64,000 nucleotides of DNA. It comes from Podarcis bocagei (taxonomy: Eukaryota). The position numbers and the translations under genes are program-made. The notes beneath the pieces were generated by a model. It was not told the DNA's origin. It did not search any database and saw only the letters and a list, made by a program, of their open reading frames with translations. Below are positions 1 through 13,541 of this stretch, in pieces (position 1 is the stretch's first letter; each line of letters opens with the position of its first letter). Location of the stretch: NCBI GenBank assembly GCA_964188305.1, contig OZ076895.1. One strand, written 5' to 3'.

Positions 1-419
1 AAAAATCAAATGAAATCACAATAGCAGCAGAGAAAATATACTGACAAAAAAAGCTAGATACTAATTCTTAACTGGCTAGTTCATTTCCATTCTGAGGATC
101 TACATCAATATGGCGCTCTGTGCCAGTCTACAGAAAGGGAAAGGACTAGGCTGGCTTTCTGGGGCAGAGAGTTCCAGAGCCTGGGTTAAACCAGGCTGAG
201 AGTCAAAGCAAAGTGAATAACAACGGAGTCACATGCTCCAGACAACAGGATCCCAACATCAGCCTGAAAGCAGTATTTTGAACACATTTCAAAGCCAGAA
301 CCACTAGAACATATTGCAAAGTACTGCAATTGCATATTACCACCTCTCCCCATACTAACCCACCCAGAGCCTGCAAGAAAGGCCTGAGGCCTTTCTTTGT
401 GTGAGGTCTGGGGGGTGAC

Positions 420-545
420 AATACAAGAACTGGCCTTTTCTGCAGTAGTTTCTCGCTTGTGGAATGCTCTCTCCAGGGAAGTTCACCTGACACCTTCATT
501 ATATACCGTAAGGTGCTGGCAAAAACTCACTTCTGTGTAAGTTCT
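420..545 (+). mobile_element. L2-clade LINE 3' ORF2 fragment
   Basis: Translates as AFSAVVSRLWNALSREVHLTPSL, resembling the L2 ORF2 C-terminal AFSVAAPRLWNSLP motif. Confidence 0.65.
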
Positions 546-810
546 GTACCTGAAAGCAACTGCCAATTTAATAACAGTAACTGTATAGAAACAGTAACCA
601 AATCAGTTCTGGGTGGAATTTAATGATGGGCTCTTCCAATCTTTCCACCCACATACCAGTAATCATTTCTGCCTGCCAGATGGAACAATACCAGCTCTCC
701 TCCCTAGGGGGCAGCGTGAGGAGATGAGGGGGAAAGGCCCTTTCCATAAGTAGAAGTCCTTGCACTTGGCTTCCACTGATGGGGCTGGCCTGTATTTTGG
801 GGTAGGATAG

Positions 811-1116
<306 letters not shown>

Positions 1117-4100
1117 TAGATTCACAAACAGCAGAAAATTTAAATGGATCTCTTTGGGTGATTAGGCATTTGCATGGCTCACAATACAGAGCCACTAATT
1201 TCCAGCTGACCTGAAATTATCTGCCTGACCCTATGTGTGTTTGCTCATAATTTCTCCAAAGTAAACATGCTACTTTGTTAAACTGAAATATATATTCCCT
1301 TGGACAACTGTTCACATTTGAATTGGTACCCAGCAAATGTGCAAAATTTTGCAAATTTTGTCATGCATATGAATTTTAACGTAATAAATTTGCAACCCTT
1401 GATTGCTTTTCCTACTTTGGTTCTGCTTGCCTTGGCTGTATAACTGGAAATTTACATGACGACAATGATGATGATATTACAAAGCTATGTAATGTTACAT
1501 TCATCTATCTCTCATTACACTAATTGCATTAATGGAATTATTTCCTTTCAGAGATTCACCCAAAGTGCCTAATGGAGAACCTCTGCACATTAACCCCTTG
1601 CAAATTAATTCACATCTAGATTGTGTGTCAGAAGAAGGACAGGGATAAGGAAGTTACAGCAATCTAGGGGTCCTTGAAGCAGCAGAAACGACAAACCATC
1701 TCCACTGTCATACTCTACTGCCTCCATAAATTTGAGACATATTAACCATTAATTTAATATCCTCGGGTGGGTGGGGGATGTAGATGGAGTAGTTGTGGGG
1801 GGACAGGGAGCAAAAGATGCAAAGCTGTCTGATTAGAGGGTTGATTTATGAGTGAAGGGCAAAGGCAGAATACAGAAAATAAGTGAAAGCACTTGGATGC
1901 TGGTAAGATACTGGTATATTCCCTTGGCTTTGTTGAGCTGTGAAATGGCCCCCTACGTAAGACCTTCTGGTTTACCCACAGGCTGAAAATATGAAGATGC
2001 TTGAACTGAGATATTTGTGTGAAAATCGTTTTACCCGCTTCTCAAATTTGCCCTGAACGTATCTATGCCACCAAGTTTCTGAGCCCTGAAGAAAAGATAT
2101 TTTGAAATGGAAATTTAGCCAGAGCTTTATGTATAGTCATGCCAAAGGGAGCTGTTGTCCACAAGCTGTGGACAGCATACATGGACCAATGCACATATCT
2201 AAGGAGATGTATGCAAAGTTGTGAATATTCATGAAGATGCTCATGCTGAAATTTCTGTATACACACCATGCACATATTTTTAGTACAGGTAGCAGAACAG
2301 ATGTGAATGGTGAATAGCTTGAATGAATTATTTGGGGCAAAATTGGATTCTATATGTGAAATGATGACATACATTGTTATGAGAAACACGCATTGCACAA
2401 GGCCAATATGGATATGTTCATGTGTGTTTTTTCTGGATACCAAATGCTACACAGAGTTCACTGTGTGTTTGCAGCTGTTTGCATAGTCCACATGATGTTA
2501 GCCCATGCAACTCAATGGGATTTACTTATGTGTAGTCATTGAGGATGATCGTCATATCTTAATTGTTGAGGTATCCTGAAAAGGTACTCTTGCTTTATAA
2601 ATCTGTGGTGATTCTGGAAGAAGCAGCAGCAAATATAGACCATGCAAAACTGAAACTATGCAATGTTCAACAATGTTTCTTTGCAATTATGCAGTGGAGC
2701 TAGTTTAAAGTTTTATTTTATTTATCCATTTTCCCTTTAAAAGTTTCCTTTAAAAGTTCCTTACTCGCTTCCTCAAATTTTAAAAATGCAAATTATAAAC
2801 ATCAATACAGAGATAAATTAATTTGCATGCAAAAATAAATGTTGATGAAATGCTTCACTGTTAAGTATTCAAAAAGCCAAAAAATGCAAAATGAATGTTT
2901 CTCATAATAACTTATCTCATCTGCATTGCATATGTGGGAGCCAGATTTGCCATCAGATACATTCATTCAATTCTTATTGAAAGTCAGCTGGAGTTGTGGC
3001 ACATAAGCCTGCATTAATAAGCATAACTAATAGACTCTGTGAACTTGGTTTGAGTTAGTTCCATTAAAATGCAGACGGAAAAAGAGCAGCTGTGTGAAGG
3101 AACTCTCTTGGCCTTGTACTTCATTGCATGGATGTTTCTAGTTGTTTAGATCACAGTGACCTTGTAGGACTTAAAGAACTTTTGAAAACCTGTGCTCACA
3201 CTTACTTAACAGAACAACAATAGCTATGATACCAAATGCCACAATTTGTTATAGAGCTAGAGGCATCATGAAATTTCTGTTCTACTCATGGGAGTGCTCC
3301 TGAATGTCTAAAACCCGTGACATGAAAAAGATTTATGTGTGCCTCTGTTTGCAAGTCATACATAAGTATGCCAAGACTCAGAGTGCAGCACTGCATACTT
3401 TCATCTTACGGGGAGGCGCCTGTATCACTTCCTCCCTGTTGCAGTTTAGGTTGCAGGAGTAGCTTGCGGAGTTAGTTGCTTCAGTGACTCTATTTACGAT
3501 AATGTTTGGATAAAAAAAATGCATGCATATATTGTTAAGGCAGATGGCATTTTGTTATACCTCACCCTTCATTTGAGGTACTCAAAATGACCTTTTAGCT
3601 TCACAGCAACCAGAAGATGATGACTAGGTGAGTTGCCCAAGGTCACCCATTGAGCTGAGCAGCCAAGGGTAGATTTGTTTCTGTGTTTCCCACAGAACGT
3701 TAGGGTCCTTTCACTCAATTATTTTGTGGGATTCAGGCATATTTATTTAAGACACATTTCTGCTGCAGGACTGTCACATTTCCCCTGTGTTCCACCTACA
3801 GCATTTTGTGGATGGGAAATGCAAATTGTTGTCCTTTGTGCAGAATGTGGCTGCTGGAATTCCATTGTACCCACCTAAATGTCAGTGTCACAACACATAC
3901 CCCACCCTCACTCATTTACTATGTTAACACAATTTTCTATACTTTTTAAAGTTCAGCTTTTAGAGTTGTGCTTTCTTGGGGACTGTTTTTATTTTTTGTT
4001 AGAGGATCATTCAATCCCAAGAACACTCATGTAGCCCTCAAAAGACAACAGGTGAACATCAGCAATGCCAAGTGTTTTTCAATAATTTTTATTATTTTTG

Positions 4101-4806
4101 ATGTGCTTTCCCTTTCTAGAGTTGGAGAGCACATCCTTTTTGTTTTGTTTTTTGTTTTGTTTTGTTTTAGAGTAGTAAAGAGGAGTTCCCCCACTAGTGA
4201 GGCTCTCCCCAAACATGACTGCTTTCTTCAGTTATATGGAGGACTGGGAAGCCTATTGGTTGATAACTGAAGCCTACCAGCGACCCATCACACTCCCAAA
4301 GCTTGCTTTGATAACTGGGAACATCCAACAAGGTTCTGCCATCTCCCAACTTCCTCCAGCTGTATGAATTTCCCTTTCTTTCTCTAGTTAGTGTTAACTG
4401 CAAGGTTTCATTGCTACATCTGACCTGGCATAAGAACAGTTACCACTGACCATAGTTAGCTTCTAAACCAGAGATTGAAGTAAACTTCTAACCCTGGTTT
4501 CAGTCTCTGTTTTAGAAGCCAACTGCTATTTTACCTCTTCAGATTTAACACTGCAATTCTATGGACACTTACCTGGGAGTAGGTCCTGTTGGCGCTTACT
4601 TCTGAGCAGACATGGTTAGAATTCTGCTGTAAATTAGTTCATATTAACCAGGAAGAACAGAGAAAGAGAGGAAGAAAAGTGTGTAAATTTATGGGATTCT
4701 TCCAATATACCAACCTATGTTTGTGCAATCAGACAAAGTGATGTGTACGAGAAAAGGGTCAGGATTTTGTACTAACTACTTGGAATGACGGACTTTGCCA
4801 GTCTGA

Positions 4807-5109
<303 letters not shown>

Positions 5110-5739
5110 TGAAAACCTTTTGCTTCTTCTCTGATTTTAATTGAGTGCACCCTGAGCTTGGTTAGCAATAATGCAGCCATAATTTAATTTATGATGTTAG
5201 TAATAAATAACATGATAATTCAAATAATAAGAAAACTTTTTTAAATTTATTTTGTGTGTGTTTTTTAATTGATTTGTGAATATCTAAACCCAAGTTTCTC
5301 AAAGTATAAAGTGAGCATCCCTATGTGTTGGCATCCTATAACTGTATGAACAGTTGCCAGGAGAACTGAAACGACTTCCCTGATAAACCCAGATTTTGTA
5401 TATATCTTGACTGGGCAAAGAAATAGAATGTGCCTGCTCTCTTCTTAGCAACTGTGAACTAATAAACTAGTGCTCTGCCTCCCATTCCTTCTGCTACCCT
5501 TTAATCCACTTGAACTCTGCTTGGGGCAAGTATGACAAATACAACATTTTGTCTTTGGCTGATTTTGTTCTCCTGCTTTCCAGTTTCTGTAGGAATTTCT
5601 CACAAGCTGAGAAGTGCTGCACAGCAATGCTCTGAGAGGTTATTATTATCTTCCCTGTAAAGAGGAGGAACAGACACTGATATGCTTAAGTCCATGGCAG
5701 AAATAGGATTTAAGCACACACCCACACCCCATACACAAT

Positions 5740-5824
5740 AGCCCACTCCTATGCATAGTTATATGGAAATCCCGCTATATTCAATTGCCTTTACTCCCAA
5801 ATAAGTGTGCACAGGATTGCAGCG
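5740..5824. mobile_element. Short ~85-bp palindromic MITE (relatives at ~4551-4630 and ~9859-9940)
   Basis: TCCTATGCATA...TGTGCACAGGATTG inverted ends; recurs in the window. Confidence 0.6.
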
Positions 5825-8000
5825 ATAGGTTATATATTTTAGCATGAAGCTTAAGAAAATGGAAGAATATCAGCTAAATAGCTATATTTGGAAGTACTTA
5901 GGCTGGAGAGAAAAAATACCCCCATGCAAATTAATGTAGTTACAATGTAGTTGATAATTTGGGGCTCTGCTGTTATTGGTGAATGAGGGATGGGGATGCA
6001 ACCCTGAAAGGAAATTTCCCTCACCCGTTTTCTTAATATTTTTTTCTTCCTTGCGCTCATTTCCTGATTTTTTTGCAATTGTGTGAATTATAGATGCAGA
6101 TGTTTTATGGTAGGCTGGGCTGTGCAGCAGCATTAGACAGAGGTCACTGGCTTGTGGTCACAGAGGTGGACTCCTTGTGCTTATGGGTCATAGCTATTGA
6201 TGAATACAGTGTTGTAAGCTCTAGTTTATCATTAGTGCATTGTTTTATTTTTTAACAATAATAATATTTATTAGTACAATATTATCTTATCATACTTTGT
6301 TCAAACCAGGCATGTCTGATATGCTGCAAGGGTGGCACTACAGTCTCCTAGATTAGATGTCATCGAGACAGATGTCCGTAATATTTGTGACCTTCTCGGT
6401 GCCTTTTTTATTATTCATTCTGTCCCATTTTAACCTCACAAACCATCAAAGATGATGAGTCTTCAGTGGTTGCTGATGGATGAATTAGCATATATAAGAA
6501 GCACAAGATTCAAATCCTGGGGGAAAGGGCCTTTCTTCCTATGTCCCTCCCCCTCCCTTTTGAGATATTAAATGCAATTTGTACCAAACCATGGGCTATT
6601 CTTTACCTTAAGGTGTATTCTGGATTTCAGGTTCTTGGATAGATGGCCAAACTTCATGTAATGTAAGGGTTCTGTGGCTGGAATTCCTGTTGTCTTTTCC
6701 CATTACAAAAAGATCTGCCTGATTTGGAAGAGGGAGTTTAACAATTTTTTAATGTATGTGTTGCATCCACACTTCTTAGGTCCCCATCTTTTCAGAAAGT
6801 CCTTCCCTGGGCAGCCAAAGAAGAGGAGGTGAATTGGTCTCAGCACTTTCCCCCACCCCCAACACCAGAGGTGTAGCAACTATCACTCCTCTCCTCTCAT
6901 TTTGTCCCACAGTAGCCGCCCAGGCAAATCCTTCCAGAAAGTAGGGGAGGAGTTAGTCTCATAGCCAATGGGAGTTGGAAGTTGGTGGGTCCTTCCAACT
7001 CCAGCAAATGCTCCATGCTGCGGAGCTTGAAGATAGATTATAGTCATCCCTCTGCTTGCATCAGGTTGGCAACCCACAGCTTTGAAGGCTGCCTGCACAT
7101 TACACTTTGTAAGCTTTATTTCTAGAAGGGCTGAAGACATACTGTTTAAAAAATTAAAAACTCAGTGTTTGGGTCTTCTGCTGCCATGAGCCCTGGTGCA
7201 ATTGCTGCAATTGTACCATTATAAATCCATCTCTGTTAGGACTGCATGGATTCCTATTGCCTGGGGTCCAAACAACATACTATATCAGTCACAGCTCTGA
7301 CCTCACTTATTGGCTAAAAACATTGAGAGGCAGGAACAGCCAGGCTGGCTCATTTGAAAGAAATTATTCAGAATGGTGCCTGCATGTTATGATTGAAAAA
7401 TTTCTTATTAGAAGGGCTAGAAACTTCTTTTTTTTAATGAAAGCTCTGAGTCTGGTAACCCCCTTCAGGGATGCCAATGAAGGCCTTCATGGGCACCAGG
7501 TTGGTGACCTCTGTCCTAACGGACCAGCCTCCACTGATTTTAATTGGGAAGAAGGAGAAGCAAACAGTAGAAACAAAACAACTAAAATGCTAGAATTCAA
7601 CCATCTCAATTCATTGCTTGTAGTCACATTTCAAAGCTATCCTCTCAGATAACAAGGCACACTAATGGCTTGGAGGCCCCTCAGTCCCATGTGGCCCTAA
7701 TGCTGCAGACACCTATAAATCCTTTCCTGCTGGGAGCAGCAACATTGACATTGTTAGAGGTGCTGGGGCTTGTAGTCTGCAGGTGTGGCCTTCTTATTCC
7801 AATCTAGAACATTACTTTCCTAAAATCCCTTGCATCCTAATTTTGATTTCTCTTGCTGTTGTTTGTGTCTGTCTTGAGTGTTAGTTATGAGGTAAGTCTT
7901 GTCCCTTCACCCCCGGCCCCTAAATTCTAGCCTTTGGTGTGATTGATTTAAATCCAGTGTTAAATGCTTAAAGACCTCTGTGTGTCTGAGTAACAGTATA

Positions 8001-8210
8001 CAGTGGTACCCTGGGTTACAGACGCTTCAGGTTACAGACTCCGCTAACCCAGAAATAGTACCTCGGGTTAAGAACTTTGCTTCAGGAGAAGAACAGAAAT
8101 TGGGCTCTGGCGGCGTGGCAGCAGCTAAAGTGGTGCTTCAGGCTAAGAACAGTTTCAGGTTAAGAACAGACCTCCAGAACGAATTAAGTACTTAACCTGA
8201 GGTACCACTG
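8001..8210. mobile_element. Tc1/mariner-superfamily (pogo/Tigger-like) MITE
   Basis: TIRs CAGTGGTACCCTGGGTTA / TTAACCTGAGGTACCACTG flanked by TA on both sides, with internal TTCAGGTTAAGAAC-type repeats. Confidence 0.9.
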
Positions 8211-8222
8211 TAGTATCTTGCT

Positions 8223-8365
8223 TAGAATCATAGAACTGTAGAGTTGGAAGGGTACCTCAAGGGTCATCAAGGCAAATCCTCTGCAATGCATGTGGCTTGT
8301 ATGGGAATCTAACCCGTAACCTTGGCATTATCAGCACCACACTCTAACCAACTGAGCTAACTGCC
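8223..8365 (-). mobile_element. SINE with tRNA-Ile-like head and CR1-type tail
   Basis: Reverse strand reads GGCAGTTAGCTCAGTTGGTTAGAGTGTGGTGCTGATAATGCCAAGGTT... and ends in a TTCTATGATTCT CR1 tail. Confidence 0.85.
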
Positions 8366-8694
8366 ACTTGAGTGTCCAGCTTAGTGACAGTATTCTCTGT
8401 GTGCTTGTGTGTGTACCAGTCCAAGACATTTTGCTGCCTGTAGTGGAGCAGAGAATAGTGTTGCTCTCCCTGCCCCACACCCAGTTAGGATCCATAGTAC
8501 CTAAGGCCAGTCAAATTATTTTGGCATCGGAGGCAAAAACATGCATCTCTCCCCTTCTCTAACTACTAGAGAAGTACAATGGTAATGGCTATTGAATTAT
8601 TTGGCACCATTTAAAGATACCAAAAATAGATTGACTCAGGTGGTTGCCTCACTCTTTCTAATGGTAAGGCCAACTCTGGAATTGTTTGTCTGTG

Positions 8695-9010
8695 GTCACA
8701 TTCACACTATATATTTACAGCGCTATGATACCACTATAAACAGCCATGGCTTCCTCCAGGCAATTCTGAGAGCTATAGCTTGTGAAAGGTGCTGGGAGTT
8801 GTTAGGAGATTCCTGTTCCCTTCACTCTTAATAAATGTAGCTCTGGATAATTATAGATACCCTGTTTCCTCCCGGAGCTACAATTCCCAGAGCTACATTT
8901 AACAATCAATCCCTGTTCCCAGGGAACTTTGGAAATTGTAGTTCTGTGAGAGGAATTGGTGACCTCCTAACAATTCTCAGCACCTTTCACCAACAACAGC
9001 TCCCAGAATG
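8695..9010. mobile_element. Palindromic MITE-like repeat (related fragment at ~13110-13258)
   Basis: Internal inverted arms GAAAGGTGCTGGGAGTTGTTAGGAG / CTCCTAACAATTCTCAGCACCTTTC; boundaries approximate. Confidence 0.65.
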
Positions 9011-10009
9011 CAGCTCACTCTTCATACAATGCTTTTCTTGTGGCAGGTATAATGGAGGCCATTAGCTCTGTTACTTTTGAAACAATTAAAGTATTTATAG
9101 GGGGATAGGTTAATCAGAAGCTTTTACCTGTGATAGTGAATAGTGATGGGGCAGTATACCTCTGAATATAAAATGATTCTTGAGAACGAAAAAGGCAGTG
9201 TTGGTCTCACCTTCACATCTTGCTTATGCTGAAACACAATGTAGAATTTGTTGGGATTTTTTGTGAGTCTAGCAGGGATCTTCCTATGTTCTGATGCCAT
9301 AGCTAAACCCAGTTTCATCATTCTCGTGGCTCATTTTTGCTGAACCTATTTTCTTCCTCTAGCAGATCCCTCCAAACAAATTCCCATGTATACATGCCTC
9401 CAATTATTTCCCCCTTCAGATAATTGTTCCTTAAATATTCATTTCCCAGTTCCTTATTCTTTAAGATCAAAGGAAAGGGCCAAAGGTTAAAGGACAAATT
9501 GGTGATAGCGTAACAGGCAGGTGTTCATATCTCTGAATGTATACATTCACAGAAGATGCTGAACTTATTTGAAATAAAGGGGTTATTTTTCACAATAGAA
9601 ATAGGATTGCAGTTTATTTCTATGATTCTGTGCTTTTTGGTTCAGTTGATTTGTCCATGTTACTGGTTTTTAGTGTTATTCTTTTCAACATTTTAATCTT
9701 AAAATCCAAGGCACATAAATCTTATTATTCGGCTAGGCCCCTGGATATGAAACATAATCTAGCAAAACATATTCTTACCTTTAAACACTTGAACAGCCTA
9801 GTTTAAAAATCAGTAGGATTTTACTTAAAGATAAGTACATCCTCATTGTTATAGACTGGGATCCTAAGCATACTTTCTGTGAAACTAAGCTCCTTTCAAA
9901 TCAATTAGGCCTGCTTTTGAGTAAATATATTCAGGATTGAGGTGCCAGGCAGCACTTTCCAGTTCTTAAGCTATGGAACACTTGTTACAGGAAGAGATCT
10001 CACCTAGCA

Positions 10010-10124
10010 CATGGGTGGGGAACCTGTGACTGCCATCATCACTGACCATTAACCATGTTAGATGGGTGTGGGTGGGGGACTGGAGTCTAACAACATCTGG
10101 AGAGCAACAGGTTTCCTACCCCAG
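10010..10124. mobile_element. Decayed palindromic hAT MITE (family of 50748-50883)
   Basis: GGGGAACCTGTG...CAACATCTGGAGAGCAACAGGTTTCC ends and the shared CCATCATC core. Confidence 0.65.
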
Positions 10125-10432
10125 ATCTGAATTCTTCATTGAATACTTTTCACATTAGCTGGATGCTTCAATTTTACACAGTGTTTAAGGGCTGCTGCGA
10201 CCGTTAGGAAGTAGGAAGAATAGAAGTGATTTATGTGGTCTGTGGACAAAGAGCTGCAAATCAAGATGTACCATTGAGTTTACAGATTTGGCCTTTTTAA
10301 GTTTCTTGTGCCCTTCAATAGAAGCTTCTTCGTTGGAAGAAAATAGACTGGTTAGTTATAAAGTTATGAATGTTTAAATACACCAACATGTGATATATTT
10401 TTTTGTCTTTCCTGCCCCCCTTTAAATCTCAG

Positions 10433-10459
10433 CTCAAAGTGGAACGGCTTAAAACACTG
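10433..10459 (+). other. Candidate 27-nt in-frame microexon (LKVERLKTL) of GRIN2B
   Basis: 67-nt AG-free zone, pyrimidine tract containing TGC, CAG acceptor, CTG|GTATGA donor, phase 0/0 matching the host intron, no stop codon. Confidence 0.4.
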
Positions 10460-10880
10460 GTATGACTGTGATGTGCTTTAGCTTTGACTCATTCCTCATA
10501 GGATCTTCTCTCTTCCTCAACGCTGCAGGGATTAATGGTGGTAAAAACTTGTAATGGGACTCTTCAGGATTAATGGGAGTACAAATGTGTTTTTTCTCAG
10601 TACCTTAAGCAGATAAAGCCTAAAGACATGCAGAGAATAGGCATGCTGACTTTTGGACTTGGATTTCACTCATGCTGGAAGAGGGGCATGTGTGAAAATC
10701 TCCCAATAGGCTACACTTGAGGCAAGATGGAAAGAAATAATCAGCACATGATTTAAAAGATTACAGTTTCAAGGTGCGGCTAACAGTAATTCTGTGCTGT
10801 CTTTTCCTCTTATCTCGCTGCAATATTACATGATGGGTTTTGGACATTATATTTCTGCTCTTGTTCCCTTTGAAGCTGCC

Positions 10881-11020
10881 CATAAGAAAATAGGAAAATG
10901 TGAAGCTCCATTATCCTGAGTCAGAATATTGGTCCATTTAGCTCAGTATTGTTTGTGTTGACTAGCTATGGCTCTCCAGGGTTTTAGCTAAGGGATTTTC
11001 TGCCTGGAGATGCCAGCGAC
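10881..11020 (-). mobile_element. tRNA-derived squamate SINE (Squam3-like), partial
   Basis: Reverse complement of the CTGAGCTAGATGGACCA body seen at 15170-15348. Confidence 0.65.
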
Positions 11021-11041
11021 TGTGATCTACCACTGATTTAA

Positions 11042-11270
11042 ATAAGAAGAGCCCTTCTAGGTCAGACCAAGAGTCCACCCAGTCCATCTAGTCAGATGCT
11101 TCCAGGAAGCCTGTGTAACTAGAGCAGTCAACATGCATTCTTTTCTTTTGCTCATACCTGATATTCAGAGGCACACTGTCTCTGTCTCTGAGCCTGGAGA
11201 TTCCATTTAACTATCGTAGTTAACAGCTGTTGATAGACCTGTCTTCCATGCATTTGTTTAACCCCCTTCC
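11042..11270 (-). mobile_element. CR1 LINE 3' end fragment (decayed)
   Basis: AAGAAGAGCCCT..GGTCAGACCAAG..TCCA motif shared with 39113-39300. Confidence 0.55.
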
Positions 11271-12359
11271 CTAAGGGCCGGATTAAACGAGACATTGGTG
11301 GCCCAAAATCAGATGTCCTGTCTCTTTTAAAAGCAGCCAAGCATGTGCAAATTTGATCAGGACCACGGCCAGGGAGGAGGGATGTTAATTATTTTCTACC
11401 ATGTTGTTTGTCCATTTAAAATCCCCTCAAAGCTGCTATTTTCTCTGCTGGGCTAACATACAGATGTCAATGCATTGAGACTCTAACACTCTGTGTAGCA
11501 GGCTCTGTGCATAGAAATTTTGTGCACTGGAGAATCATTGTAACATATATATTTGCTCAGGAACCTCACAACTATATTTCCCACTATCTCTGGTGCTCAT
11601 GTGCAAAAACCATTCATTCCTCTCTCACATGATCTACATGGCACATGACATCCACAGCCTGGGTACCAGGTAGGCAGTTGCAGTAAGACTTCATTGGCCT
11701 GACCTCCTCACCCTGTTGCCATGATTGCACAAGTGTTTAACATATCTGCCCCCTTATTTTCTCCTCAATAATTTGTTACTGGAGCTCACTCACGCTCAGT
11801 ATTTTATCCCCAGTATTTTAATCCATTGGAGATGCAGCAAATTGGTCATTTATATTAATTGGATCAGTTGGAAACAGCAAAAGAAGAAATGTGTGACTGA
11901 CTGCTTTGCTTATCCTCTTTTCACATTGGTGCATAGTGCAAAGAGTGGCTTCACATGTTTCCTCCACAGAGAGATTTACGTGCTTCAGATATTGGTAGCA
12001 TTTGGTAAAATGCTGTATATTTCTGGTGTGCATATTTGTGCTGAGAAGACTGGTGACCAAATTTAGCATTAACATTTTGCATCCATATTTTATCTCCTGA
12101 CATTGTTCCCATAAATGCATCTGTATAAAAAAAAACTCTTGCCAGAATTTATCACCAACAGAAAATTTATTGAATGGCAGACACCCAGATACCTGCCTTT
12201 GAATTATTACAATGAAGTTACATGGAAAACATCACTCAAAATGAACTTTTCAATTCAGGATACAACTTGTAGAATTGGGATGCTGCTTCAGATGTAACAA
12301 TGAGGGCTTATGTGATCCCTTATCTCTGCCAGCATGGAGAAGTTTGGAGTTTGGATGCT

Positions 12360-12440
12360 TTAATTGAGCTTCCTGCTTTGCATTGGGTTAGACTAGATGA
12401 TCCTCAGGATCCCTTCAAACTCTACAATTCTATGATTTTA
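12360..12440 (+). mobile_element. CR1-type 3' tail
   Basis: GACTAGATGATCCTCAGGATCCCTTCAAACTCTACAATTCTATGATT. Confidence 0.75.
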
Positions 12441-13540
12441 TAAGTCTTCCAATTTTTATGCAGTGAAGGGATGATGTAGCCTAGCAACAAGGTCAATGTA
12501 GAGCCTATGTAGTAACTTGGTTGCAAGAAGCTGCTCTGATCAGAGATTCAATACAGTCAGAGAAGAGGTTGTGTTGTTCTGAATTACTAAACAGTCTAGT
12601 TAACGCAGAGATTGCATAAATTTGGATTCTGCATGGAGGTTCAGTCAAGCTACTGAACCTACTATGTGCACTTTACTGCATGTGACGAAATGTGATGGAA
12701 GATTTCTTTGCTAATTAGATCCCTGCTATGATTTTATTCATTTTAGAAGAACAACCTTCTTTAAACTTGCTATTTTTAGCTTCCTTTTATGTTCTTTTAA
12801 TCTCAGAGTTCCTTGCTAATTATTTCTTTTCTTATTCCCAACTCAGTGATATCACTGACTACAATTTACAGTGACAACTATTAAAATCTTGGTGCTAAGC
12901 ACAAGTCATATTTGAGAACACCAGTGCACCAACATTACTCAGGAAGCACTTTGGTTATATGTTTCACCGTTAACAGGGAAGAAGTGAAGGTCTCAGAGTC
13001 TGCTTTGAGTTCCTGGCTTTGATTCCTCACTTAGGATCTGGTAAAGGTATATCTGAGAGGATGTTTCAGAATCTGCATTTCTGAGGGAAATAGTGACAAA
13101 AGTTGATGTGCATATTTAAAGCACATGGCTTCCCTCAAAGACTCCTGGAAACTGTAGTTTTGTGGGTGTTGGGAATGATAGCTCTGTGAGAGGTAAACTA
13201 TAGTTTCCAGGGAAGCCATGCACTTTAGATGTGCATTATGTATGGTGTGGAGATGCCCTAAGAAAACTCAGCCAGCTTGGGACTCATGAGGTCTCAAATC
13301 AGGATTCTGCCTAACATTGGCTTCTTAAGGAAATCTTCTGGAAAAGTTCTTAGAATACACCTTTGCATGGGGTTTCTTCCAGGGATCAGATTTAGAGAGT
13401 CACCCACATATATCTTGATTAGGGATTGTGTGGCACTCTGGCAGATTCAATTTCCAATTTGGATATTGCACTCCATTGATGTGGGCAATTATTCAAAATC
13501 TATATTTCTGACCAATTTTTACTTTTAATTGTGGGGAAAT

Positions 13541-13541
<1 letters not shown>

